32,000 nt of DNA from Raphidiopsis brookii D9 (GCA_000175855.1 ACYB01000001.1:5576-37575), one strand, 5' to 3'. Positions 1 through 8,536 are shown, counted from the first letter of the stretch. Notes: generated from the sequence alone by a model not told the origin. Numbers and translations: made by a program.

Positions 1-3000
1 TGCATGATATGACTTACCCAATTCTTCTTGAACCTTTTGAGCTTTACCATCTATTTTCTTCCATAACTGGTTTGTCTTGTCGCTTAATTCACTCCGATGG
101 GCGATCGCTGAATCAATAGTTTTTATTTCCGATGGGTGAAAATTTTTTATCTCCTGGGGGATCTCAGAAATTTCATTGGCAATTGCTGGGTATTGCTTTT
201 GAATATAATCCCGCATTTCTTTTTCTTGGTTTTCCATTTCTTGCTGCAGTTCCCCAATCTTTTGTCGGAGGAGTTCCTGTATTTTTTGCTGCACGGGTTC
301 CAGCAATTTTGGCAACTGGTGTATTACGCTAGTTGGGTCATCCATCTTGAGAATTTCCTCAACGGATTTTACCCGCTCTAGCAGTTCCTCTTCCTCGATA
401 TGGCGCAGTTCTGATTTCAACTCTTTTAAACTCTGTTGAGCTCCTTGAAATATTTTCAGTTGTGAGTTAAAGAAAGACTTTAACTTTTGTAACTCATCAA
501 TATATTCTTCCAGGTCATCCCGACGACTACGAACAAGCTGCAAAAACTCCGGTTCATGAGAGTTGTCGGTTCTTAGCTCTTCTAGCATAGCTATGTGGTG
601 TCCCAGCAAATTCCCAAATGGTAATTGCTGTTCTTGAGTCAGTTTTAACCATTCTTTTAACCTTTCAACATGGTCCCATAAGAATTCTTTATATGTTTGA
701 AATAGTTTTCCACTCTCCGTAGGTATGTCTAGTATATTCTTATCAAGTAATTTACTGGCTAAGTCCCTAGCTACCTTTAAACTAGCTGGATCAATGGTAC
801 TAGCCAATTTCACAATATAAGTTTCTTTCCCCTCACGAGAAAGTAACTTATCTATTAATCCTTCTTCTATATTGACCTTACCTTGTGCGTGTCTCAATTC
901 AACTACACCTGCATTAGCCAATTCTGCCATTATCCCTAGGGTGTCTAGTTCTGACCAACCATAGGGAGTACGGGTAAACTTATCCATTAAAGATTTAATC
1001 GTAGTTGGATGATATTTATTTTGACTATGCAAAAAAGATTCCATCTCTTTGTGTGCGGATATATTAACTACCTTATCCGCATCTCCATCGATAGTCCTTT
1101 CTTGGATATGACGGGTTAAGGCATTTTTCACCTGCTCTGGATTTTCAAATCCACTATGGATGTATTGTAACTTGCTATAAGCATTCTTAATTAAATAGGT
1201 AAGAGATTGTTTTAACAACTCTGTTGCAAATTCAGTTCGAGTAATTTCTACTTTATTGCCATAACTAAACACATCCGCACTGGCAATGAGTTTTTTTAGG
1301 GTATCTTTGATATTTTCCTCCCGCTGTGTATTTTCCTCTTTTCGTCCTGCTATAATTTTTTGAATACTAGGACTAAGATTACTACTAGTTTTTTGGCGCA
1401 AATACTGATCTGTTTGACTAAACGTCTCTAAATCTTGCAAAAAGTGATTGTTGTTCCCTATCCTAATTAATAATTCTAAACTGGACTGGGTTGTGATTAT
1501 ACACTTTTCGTTATTCTCAAATTCAGCATAGTTCTCTCCATAGGGAGTAATAATATGCACAGTCAGTTCTTGTAATTTCTTTCCATAATCACGTTCATCT
1601 AACTTACGATTAAATGAATACTTACGTTTACCAAATTTGAATTCCCTATCGGTCAAAATTGATTCCCACACCCATTCCTGCAGTTTTTTGTAAATCTCCG
1701 TTGGGTTCACCCTTGTGTTTTTAATTTCTTTACCAATATCTTGCTCTTCGTTTGTAAGAAATATGTACTCATCTGTATTACGCTGAATTAGGGTTTGTTT
1801 TTCCAATCTTCCTAGGGCTTCTGCTACTTGTTTTTTCAAACCTAGTCTGTCTTGGTCTATATTGGTTAAACTCAAGGTAGTTAAGTTTTCTATGTTTGTC
1901 CTAATCTCTTTAATATATTTAATCATAAATAGGGTTTTTAAGAGCTGAATATCAAACTCCTCTAGTTGGGGATTATTCGTAGCCTGAGTAATCACCTGAC
2001 TAATAACACTATCCAAAAAACCCTCAATTGCCAAATAAAAAGTATGAAAAGGAACTAACCTACCCAGGGATTGTGCGGAAATTGCTTGAGAAGCAACCTG
2101 AAAAGCATCCAGTAAGGAGCGCTCTCCCGATGCTAAATGTTTACCCGCCGAACCCATTAACCGAATTTGGGTAAACACCTTCTGCAACAGATAAAACTGA
2201 TAGGGAATAAACGGATAGGCTGCCACAAAATCCTGTGCATTCTTATACCCTGGCATATCTGCAGAGTCCTTAAAGGTGATTTGGTTTGTGAGAATGGCAA
2301 TTTTTTCGGTATATAAATCTTCTAAACGTTTTTTGGCTTCCTCAGTTTTAGACAATAACCGTAATTTAATCACCTCATCAGTATTAGCAGAAGATAAATT
2401 CAGGGGACGATGAAAACGCCCAATAATTTTCGAGAAGTCTTCCCCCTTGATTTTATTTTTGGTGATTTCATCCATAGCTTCTTGGGATGTGACCACCACC
2501 CAAGCTCTTCCCTGACTATGGATACCCAGATCTTCCACTACTGTTTGCAGATTGAGCATTAATTTGGTGTCTTCGCCAATATACTGACCTACTTCATCTA
2601 CCATAAAAACTAGGCGATGTTTTGGTCCCTTGGTGTGCAAATACTCTTTAACTGTTTTGGCAAACTCTTCTGGACTTAAAGTATATTTCTCATTGAACTC
2701 TAATAGGCGATTAGCTTGTTCTTCACTCATTCCTGTGCTAACTGTTAAAGCAGCAACAATATCATCTTGATAAAAAGCCCAAGCTTCTCGAGTTTCTTCC
2801 CAGGATTGTTTGGTTTGGCTATAAAAAGCCTCTTTGAAGGACTGATACTTACCCTGACTTTCTAATTGACGTTCAAACCGGGCAATTTCCGGTGTTGTGC
2901 CAAAATATCCCAAATGGTCGTCAAAGACTTTTTGGAATACCTTGGTAATGGTTTCTTTGTCATTTTTATTATTGGCATCGGCCTTAGAATCAATATTAAA

Positions 3001-3381
3001 GAGAATTACATCACAATGAGTTTGTGCTGCTAAGGCAATATTTGCCAATAGGGATGGGTCGGGAATTCTTTGGGAATCAAAGTAATCTAAAGCCCGATTA
3101 TTTCCCACTGAACGATTTTCTAGTAGATAGGAAAGTATTTTGAGGAAATGAGATTTGCCAGAACCAAAGAATCCCGAAATCCACACGCCCATCTGGTCGG
3201 TTGGACTTTCAATTGATTCGGCAAATCTGCCAAAAAAAGTATAAAAATGCTTCTTGAGTTCTTCGGTAACTACATACTCTTCTAACTCTTGACGAATATT
3301 AGTATCATCCTGCTGTCCCACCTTGATGACACCATTAATACTGCGGTTAATATCCTTGGCAAACAGTTCAGTAATGTTCAT
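1..3381 (-). CDS. brxC: BREX system P-loop ATPase BrxC (PglY-like), 3' end truncated by the window edge
   Basis: Own translation from ATG at 3381 (minus): MNITELFAKDINRSINGVIKVGQQDDTNIRQELEEYVVTEELKKHFYTFFGRFAESIESPTDQMGVWISGFFGSGKSHFLKILSYLLEN..., with Walker A GSGKSH and the BrxC-typical N-terminus. The same frame is still open near position 1 (..EMENQEKEMRDYIQKQYPAIANEISEIPQEIKNF..). Missing from the ORF track because it is open at the edge. Confidence 0.88.
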   Translation of the reverse strand, partial: MNITELFAKDINRSINGVIKVGQQDDTNIRQELEEYVVTEELKKHFYTFFGRFAESIESPTDQMGVWISGFFGSGKSHFLKILSYLLENRSVGNNRALDYFDSQRIPDPSLLANIALAAQTHCDVILFNIDSKADANNKNDKETITKVFQKVFDDHLGYFGTTPEIARFERQLESQGKYQSFKEAFYSQTKQSWEETREAWAFYQDDIVAALTVSTGMSEEQANRLLEFNEKYTLSPEEFAKTVKEYLHTKGPKHRLVFMVDEVGQYIGEDTKLMLNLQTVVEDLGIHSQGRAWVVVTSQEAMDEITKNKIKGEDFSKIIGRFHRPLNLSSANTDEVIKLRLLSKTEEAKKRLEDLYTEKIAILTNQITFKDSADMPGYKNAQDFVAAYPFIPYQFYLLQKVFTQIRLMGSAGKHLASGERSLLDAFQVASQAISAQSLGRLVPFHTFYLAIEGFLDSVISQVITQATNNPQLEEFDIQLLKTLFMIKYIKEIRTNIENLTTLSLTNIDQDRLGLKKQVAEALGRLEKQTLIQRNTDEYIFLTNEEQDIGKEIKNTRVNPTEIYKKLQEWVWESILTDREFKFGKRKYSFNRKLDERDYGKKLQELTVHIITPYGENYAEFENNEKCIITTQSSLELLIRIGNNNHFLQDLETFSQTDQYLRQKTSSNLSPSIQKIIAGRKEENTQREENIKDTLKKLIASADVFSYGNKVEITRTEFATELLKQSLTYLIKNAYSKLQYIHSGFENPEQVKNALTRHIQERTIDGDADKVVNISAHKEMESFLHSQNKYHPTTIKSLMDKFTRTPYGWSELDTLGIMAELANAGVVELRHAQGKVNIEEGLIDKLLSREGKETYIVKLASTIDPASLKVARDLASKLLDKNILDIPTESGKLFQTYKEFLWDHVERLKEWLKLTQEQQLPFGNLLGHHIAMLEELRTDNSHEPEFLQLVRSRRDDLEEYIDELQKLKSFFNSQLKIFQGAQQSLKELKSELRHIEEEELLERVKSVEEILKMDDPTSVIHQLPKLLEPVQQKIQELLRQKIGELQQEMENQEKEMRDYIQKQYPAIANEISEIPQEIKNFHPSEIKTIDSAIAHRSELSDKTNQLWKKIDGKAQKVQEELGKSYHA

Positions 3382-3970
3382 AGACAGCTCCATGATGAGG
3401 TATTAAAGCGAAAGCTCGATAGTAGTTATCACTTTTAAAGGTATTAAATAAACAGAGTTCATGTCCATCATAGGATCCGGGGAAGAACAGCACTAAGGGA
3501 ATGTGGTCAAGATAAGGTTGGAGACCATTCAAAATACTGTGGGATCTAATTAGGGGCCAACTCGCTCCAACTCCAGTCAGGAATACCAATTGTTCGTTCC
3601 CTTGGAGGTGGTTTTGGATCTGAGCAATCACCTTTTCGGGTCGAACTATGGATTGGATTTTATTCCCGAGAGATTTGCACCCTTCTTTCGCTTCTACCAT
3701 AAAAGCTTTATTGAGAATTCCTTTTTCTTGTAATAGTTCTAGGATTATCTTATACAGATTGAATTCTTTAACGATTAAATTTATTGGATCCTTAGTTAGT
3801 TGGGAAACAAGTACTTTAGTATATTCTTGAACATATAGTTCGTCTTCTGGAGCATAATCAAAAACATAGAAACCAATCTCATTGCCAATACCACGATTTT
3901 CCAACAGTCGGGAGTCTTGTAGTTTAGGTAGTAGTTGATTTAATCGTTCCTGAATACTCAATTTAGACAT
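3368..3970 (-). CDS. brxB: BREX protein BrxB (DUF1788 family)
   Basis: 200-aa ORF MSKLSIQERLNQLLPKLQD... with FLTGVGASWPLIRSHSILNGLQP and PLVLFFPGSYDGHELCLF, typical of DUF1788. Overlaps the start of brxC by 14 nt. Confidence 0.87.
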   Translation of the reverse strand: MSKLSIQERLNQLLPKLQDSRLLENRGIGNEIGFYVFDYAPEDELYVQEYTKVLVSQLTKDPINLIVKEFNLYKIILELLQEKGILNKAFMVEAKEGCKSLGNKIQSIVRPEKVIAQIQNHLQGNEQLVFLTGVGASWPLIRSHSILNGLQPYLDHIPLVLFFPGSYDGHELCLFNTFKSDNYYRAFALIPHHGAVYEHY

Positions 3971-4217
3971 CTGTTTTAGGTTAGCAGCACTAAAGACTTA
4001 GTATAACAGGCGATCGCATTTTTGAGGAGAGACTATTATATTTTGTGTTATGTTTTATTCGGAGAGGTTTGCAGACCGTAGCGTGGTTCTTGGGTATCAC
4101 TATAGGTTAGACTTTACATGTTTTGACAGTAGGGAAACCCATTGGTAAAGTCAAAGCGCTAGGATCATTCAACCAGTTGGGTCGACAGACCGTAGCGCGG
4201 TTCTGGGTAATATCCAC

Positions 4218-4370
4218 TTACCAGGATGCTAACCTACGTCTTTTATAGGGCACACCCGTAAAAGGTTGAAAACCAGTTATGGGATAAGCATCATCGGTGG
4301 GGCTGAATATGCGCATAAAAGCTTCACTGAGGAATTGAACGACTCTGGAAAGCGATTTGGAGATCATCAT
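4218..4370 (-). CDS. small (50 aa) protein, unannotated in ORF track
   Basis: ATG at 4370, TAA at 4218-4220: MMISKSLSRVVQFLSEAFMRIFSPTDDAYPITGFQPFTGVPYKRRRLASW. Preceded on the minus strand by AAGGAG about 10 nt upstream (aaggagtcgaaatttATGATG). Confidence 0.5.
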   Translation of the reverse strand: MMISKSLSRVVQFLSEAFMRIFSPTDDAYPITGFQPFTGVPYKRRRLASW

Positions 4371-4611
4371 AAATTTCGACTCCTTATTATTATGCTATTT
4401 ATTTGATGTACCTGCAGTGTAATACCAAATCTTGGGACTGACTCATTTTTGTAATATATATATAAGTAACTCAACTTTTCTTAAAAGTCCAATTAAAAGC
4501 TCAATTGGAGTAGTTTTAGGTGAGTTTTATTGGTATAAAATAAACTTGAGATTATCTTTATTACAGAAAATATAGTCTTGCTGTCCACCTTATGAGTAGG
4601 AAACTAGAGAA

Positions 4612-5238
4612 ATGTCGATTTTAGAAATCAAGCTACCCATTCATGAAACCTTTCAGAGTACAGTTCAAGGTGAGGGATATTGGACTGGTTCTTTAGTAGA
4701 TTTTATTCGCTTGTCCGGTTGTCCGTTGGGTTGTCCTTGGTGCGACACTGGTTATGCTGATGGTGGGGCAAACTTACCGCGATTTGAGCGTACCATTGGT
4801 GAGCTTTTAGCAGAAATAAAATCTCCGAGAATAGTTATTAGCGGTGGCGAACCATTCATTCACAAGCATTTACCTGAATTAGTTCAAGCCTTGTTGGGTG
4901 CTGGTAAACAAGTGAGTATTGAAACATCAGGATCCTTTTGGAAAGAAGTTTCTTTATCAGCTTGGATTACCCTATCTCCTAAGGAACATATTAACCCTAA
5001 ATATCCAGTGCAGAATCAGTTTTGGAGTAGAGCTAATGAAGCGAAAATAGTGATAGAAACTGGTCAGGAAATTGATTTTTATCAAGAATATTTATCTGCT
5101 CGCCCTGATTTGTATGTTTACCTACAACCTGAGTGGAATAGTTCATCAAAATCACTGGCTCTGATTTTGCAATTATTACAACAAAAACCCGATTATAAAC
5201 TTTCTTTACAAACACACAAATATATAGGATTACAATAG
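4612..5238 (+). CDS. queE: radical SAM 7-carboxy-7-deazaguanine synthase QueE
   Basis: CX3CX2C cluster motif (SGCPLGCPWCDTGY), N-terminal ETFQSTVQGEGYWTG, ISGGEP motif; length 208 aa. Confidence 0.85.
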   Translation: MSILEIKLPIHETFQSTVQGEGYWTGSLVDFIRLSGCPLGCPWCDTGYADGGANLPRFERTIGELLAEIKSPRIVISGGEPFIHKHLPELVQALLGAGKQVSIETSGSFWKEVSLSAWITLSPKEHINPKYPVQNQFWSRANEAKIVIETGQEIDFYQEYLSARPDLYVYLQPEWNSSSKSLALILQLLQQKPDYKLSLQTHKYIGLQ

Positions 5239-5243
5239 GTGGG

Positions 5244-5393
5244 GGATGAAATATGTAGAGAACCTGGCTCTAAAACAAATACGGGAATCTAACTATGCAA
5301 AAAAGTATAGGGGAGAACCAGGTAAAACCGTCCATGAACTGGGGTTGGTGTTCAGCTCTAGCAAACGTAACCTCATTCAAGCAGATTGGGAAT
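5244..5393 (+). pseudogene. C-terminal remnant of an AAA-ATPase-like / PD-(D/E)XK_9 nuclease-superfamily protein
   Basis: Short frame MKYVENLALKQIRESNYAKKYRGEPGKTVHELGLVFSSSKRNLIQADWE* resembles the terminal 'ALKQI..KxYAxKYR..GK.V...G..FSSxxRNI..W' block of these proteins; no upstream remainder of the gene is present. Confidence 0.55.
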
Positions 5394-5456
5394 AAATTAA
5401 GATAGGCAATATTGGGTTTTCTCAACCCAACCTACAGTTACCTACAACAAAACCAA

Positions 5457-6638
5457 ATGACCGACTATAGAAAAGAAATCCTATCTGGAGAATCCGAAGA
5501 ACTGGAATTTAAACGCTCCACGTCTCTACTAAAAGAAGCTACCCAGACTCTATGTGCTTTTGCTAATCACAAAGGCGGTGTACTGTACTTTGGTGTATCC
5601 GATGACGGAACTGTGGTTGGGCAAATGGTAAGTGATGATACATTAAAAAACATTGCTAATACCATTAAGCTCAACACAGATCCCAAACTGTATCCCCAAG
5701 TGGAAAAAGTGGAGATTGAAGGCAAATCTTGTATTCGGGTATGCATTGAGCAGAGCCCATTAAAACCCCATGTTGCCTATGGCAGACCCTATATCCGGAT
5801 TGGCCCCACCACCCAGCAGTTAGATCAGGAGCAGTACCGAATCCTGCTCCAACAAAGAACCAACGGTTATGGATTTGATTTCCAGTCTTGTCCTAGTGCC
5901 ACTTTAGCAGATATAGACGAAACAACCGTGCAAAGGTTCATGGAAACAGCCAATGCTGTCCGTGATTTCAATCAGAACCTCTACCTACCAGTTGATCAGG
6001 TTATGGAAAAGCTGGATCTAGTCAAGAATGACGCAGTTAGCAATGCAGCAGTGCTTCTTTTTGGAAAAAACCCCGCCTGCTTCTTTTCCACCCACTATGA
6101 GGTCAAGGTGGCAAGTTTTCCTACAGATATGGGTTATGATGAAATGACAAATAATTATGAGTATACAGGTAATTTACTCGATATTTTTGGCAAGTCTATG
6201 GATTTCCTTTTGGGTAGCATAAGGAAATCATATAGGAAGGGCGAACAACAAGGTGTTGAAATTCTTGAATTCCCCAGGTTGATGCTGCGGGAGGCTTTGG
6301 TCAATCTGATTTCCCACCGAGATTACCGTGTGGATGTTAAATCCACCATCGAAGTCAGACCCTCCTATATTCTTTTCTACAACCCTGCTCAACTGTTTAC
6401 GCCCACTATTACTATTGACGCTCTCAAGCGACACCATCCATCAAGACCTGGTAATAAATTAATCGCCAGAGTGTTTTATATGATGGGTTTGTTTGAGAAC
6501 TGGGGTGGGGGCACACTCAAGATTATTGAAAGTGCTAGAGAAAGTACGGGTATAGACCCAGAGTTTACCTTTGAAAATGGTATGTTTTCCTTGAAGATTT
6601 ATCGAAAACCAACTAATGTCAACCAATGTGTGATGTGA
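5457..6638 (+). CDS. AlbA_2 (Schlafen-type) domain ATP-binding / putative DNA-binding protein
   Basis: ORF track starts at a TTG (5412); ATG at 5457 gives MTDYRKEILSGESEELEFKRSTS..., with ELEFKRS...CAFANHKGGVLYFGVSDDGTVVG (AlbA_2) and C-terminal LREALVNLISHRDY...NPAQLF and GxGTxxI-type block. Confidence 0.8.
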   Translation: MTDYRKEILSGESEELEFKRSTSLLKEATQTLCAFANHKGGVLYFGVSDDGTVVGQMVSDDTLKNIANTIKLNTDPKLYPQVEKVEIEGKSCIRVCIEQSPLKPHVAYGRPYIRIGPTTQQLDQEQYRILLQQRTNGYGFDFQSCPSATLADIDETTVQRFMETANAVRDFNQNLYLPVDQVMEKLDLVKNDAVSNAAVLLFGKNPACFFSTHYEVKVASFPTDMGYDEMTNNYEYTGNLLDIFGKSMDFLLGSIRKSYRKGEQQGVEILEFPRLMLREALVNLISHRDYRVDVKSTIEVRPSYILFYNPAQLFTPTITIDALKRHHPSRPGNKLIARVFYMMGLFENWGGGTLKIIESARESTGIDPEFTFENGMFSLKIYRKPTNVNQCVM

Positions 6639-6677
6639 TCAGCTTTTTTTCACTAATAGCCAAAGGAAACAATCAAA

Positions 6678-7127
6678 ATGACTCAATCAATCGTTGGTAA
6701 GTCTTTGTATGAGTCCGATTTCTGGTTATGGACTCAGGATACCATAGCTAAACTCAAAGCTAGAGATTTTGACCATCTAGACCTAGAAAACTTGTTGGAA
6801 GAGATTGAAGCATTGGGACGATCGGAAAAAAAAGAATTGGCCAGCAGACTAGAAACCTTATTATGTCATCTTCTAAAGCGAATTTATGTTAATTTACCTC
6901 AAGAGTTTAATGGTTGGGAGCGCACTATAAGGGAACAACGAAGACGTTTAGTCCAATCGCTCAGAAAAACCCCTAGTTTGAAAACCTTTTGGCAAGAACT
7001 ACTTAGTGATGCTTGGGAGCTTGCACTAGATACGGTTCGAGACGATTACCCCCAGTATGAATTTCCGGATACCTGGGAGTTTGGAACTGATATTGATACC
7101 ATGCTCAATGCCAACTTTTGGGAATAG
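6678..7127 (+). CDS. DUF29 domain-containing protein
   Basis: SLYESDFWLWTQDTIAKLKARDFDHLDLENLLEEIEALGRSEKKELASRLETLLCHLLK is typical of cyanobacterial DUF29. Confidence 0.8.
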   Translation: MTQSIVGKSLYESDFWLWTQDTIAKLKARDFDHLDLENLLEEIEALGRSEKKELASRLETLLCHLLKRIYVNLPQEFNGWERTIREQRRRLVQSLRKTPSLKTFWQELLSDAWELALDTVRDDYPQYEFPDTWEFGTDIDTMLNANFWE

Positions 7128-7199
7128 CGATCGCAAACTGCATTGCTTGACACTCCCTGCTAAAATAGACAGATAACCCAGAAAACCCCAACTAACCCC

Positions 7200-7667
7200 A
7201 TGGTTCAAGCAACAAACCTCACCTCGCTTTACGAACAGGATTATCCTGCTTGGTTAGATTTAACCCTAGCACAGCTTAAGCAGCAAGATTTCAGTGCCAT
7301 TGACTGGGGAAATTTAATTGAGGAAATAGGCGCATTGGGAAGGGAACAACGTTATAAAGTGGAAAGTTATTTATTGCGACTCCTTATCCACTTACTACTG
7401 TACGAGCATTGGCAAAGTGAACGCTCTTGGTCAGGTAAAGGTTGGGAAAAGGAGATTGATAATTTTCGGTTAGAGCTTGATTCTCTACTAGAGTCCCAGG
7501 TTCTTCGTAACCACTTCTTGGAAATCCTAGCAAAGGACTACGCCAAAGCTCGGAAACTGGCTATCAAAAAGTCCGGGTTATCACCGACCATCTTTCCAGA
7601 GATTTGTCCCTATACTCTGGAGCAAATGCTTGATTTCGGTTGGTTACCTAAAAAATTTGGAGATTAA
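7200..7667 (+). CDS. DUF29 domain-containing protein (second, tandem copy)
   Basis: SLYEQDYPAWLDLTLAQLKQQDFSAIDWGNLIEEIGALGREQRYKVESYLLRLLIHLLLYEHW; homologous to the preceding ORF but divergent. Confidence 0.8.
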   Translation: MVQATNLTSLYEQDYPAWLDLTLAQLKQQDFSAIDWGNLIEEIGALGREQRYKVESYLLRLLIHLLLYEHWQSERSWSGKGWEKEIDNFRLELDSLLESQVLRNHFLEILAKDYAKARKLAIKKSGLSPTIFPEICPYTLEQMLDFGWLPKKFGD

Positions 7668-7701
7668 CCATAAAATAAACCATAAAATAAACCATAAAAT
7701 A
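7666..7701. repeat. three perfect tandem copies of AACCATAAAATA (12 bp)
   Basis: Direct reading: AACCATAAAATA at 7666-7677, 7678-7689 and 7690-7701, exactly spanning the gap between two convergent stop codons. Confidence 0.9.
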
Positions 7702-8433
7702 TTACAATCCATCATCTACATCTCCCCATAGGGGTAGATGACCGACCGGTGCGGTTATGGTAAAGTTAATATCAGAGTAGTCAAGCCATTTTCCTTCTCT
7801 TCTCCATCCTACTCGATCTCCAAATTCTCTCCAAATTAGAAGATCGTAGTTTTTACCCCCTCCTAAACTCTCATATATTCTTCGCTGGACTGAGAAACCA
7901 AATTTTCCACCACTGTGTTCTAACCATAATTGGTCAATGATATGCAGGTCAAAACAGGGAAAATTCTCAATGTCCTGTAACTGTAAGTAGCCTTGTTCTG
8001 TTCGTTTTGCCACTATCAACATTATCTTTTGTGTTTCCAAATCTGCTTGTTTCCATTTCTTGGCCTTGAGCAATTTGTTTAGTTTCGTGTAAATATTAAC
8101 TGCTGATCCTTCGGGAGTATGAGATGTGTCCGTAATTAGTGTTTTGTTGTTATTGATAGCGCTAATTAATCCACTACATTTAAATAGTAGACTGTAGACC
8201 ACATCCTTGACCTCTGGGGTTTCTAGCTTGTCGTTGAGAATGCTAAGGAGGAATTTTGTCCCCTCCTTTCCATAGTTTAAGGCTTGCTGTATTATTTCTG
8301 TCCTTCTGTTAGGTGGAGAACTGTAATAGTTGATTATCAGTCCTGCTATTCCACTTACAGCAGGATTGTTTGGTACATTGTCAATACTGGTCAGTGCGGC
8401 ATCGTATTTAGACAATTCTATTGTGTTGCTCAT
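7702..8433 (-). CDS. GUN4-like domain protein
   Basis: C-terminal half ENFPCFDLHIIDQLWLEHSGGKFGFSVQRRIYESLG...FGDRVGWRREGKWLDYSDINFTITAPVGHLPLWGD matches the GUN4 core (GFSVQRR ... GxxVGWR ... APxGHLP). Confidence 0.78.
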   Translation of the reverse strand: MSNTIELSKYDAALTSIDNVPNNPAVSGIAGLIINYYSSPPNRRTEIIQQALNYGKEGTKFLLSILNDKLETPEVKDVVYSLLFKCSGLISAINNNKTLITDTSHTPEGSAVNIYTKLNKLLKAKKWKQADLETQKIMLIVAKRTEQGYLQLQDIENFPCFDLHIIDQLWLEHSGGKFGFSVQRRIYESLGGGKNYDLLIWREFGDRVGWRREGKWLDYSDINFTITAPVGHLPLWGDVDDGL

Positions 8434-8536
8434 GAATATATCGGTAGATAGTTTTTACATGATTCTTACTACAAGAGGTTTTATGAGATTACGGTTTGCT
8501 CGGCACATTTAGATACGCGAAAATTTTGCTCATTTA

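Noticed and set aside
132-381. Two overlapping plus-strand ORFs (66 and 81 aa)
   Set aside because: Antisense to the continuous brxC frame; compositions are typical shadow ORFs.
3648-3830. Plus-strand 60-aa ORF
   Set aside because: Fully antisense to brxB, with no independent support.
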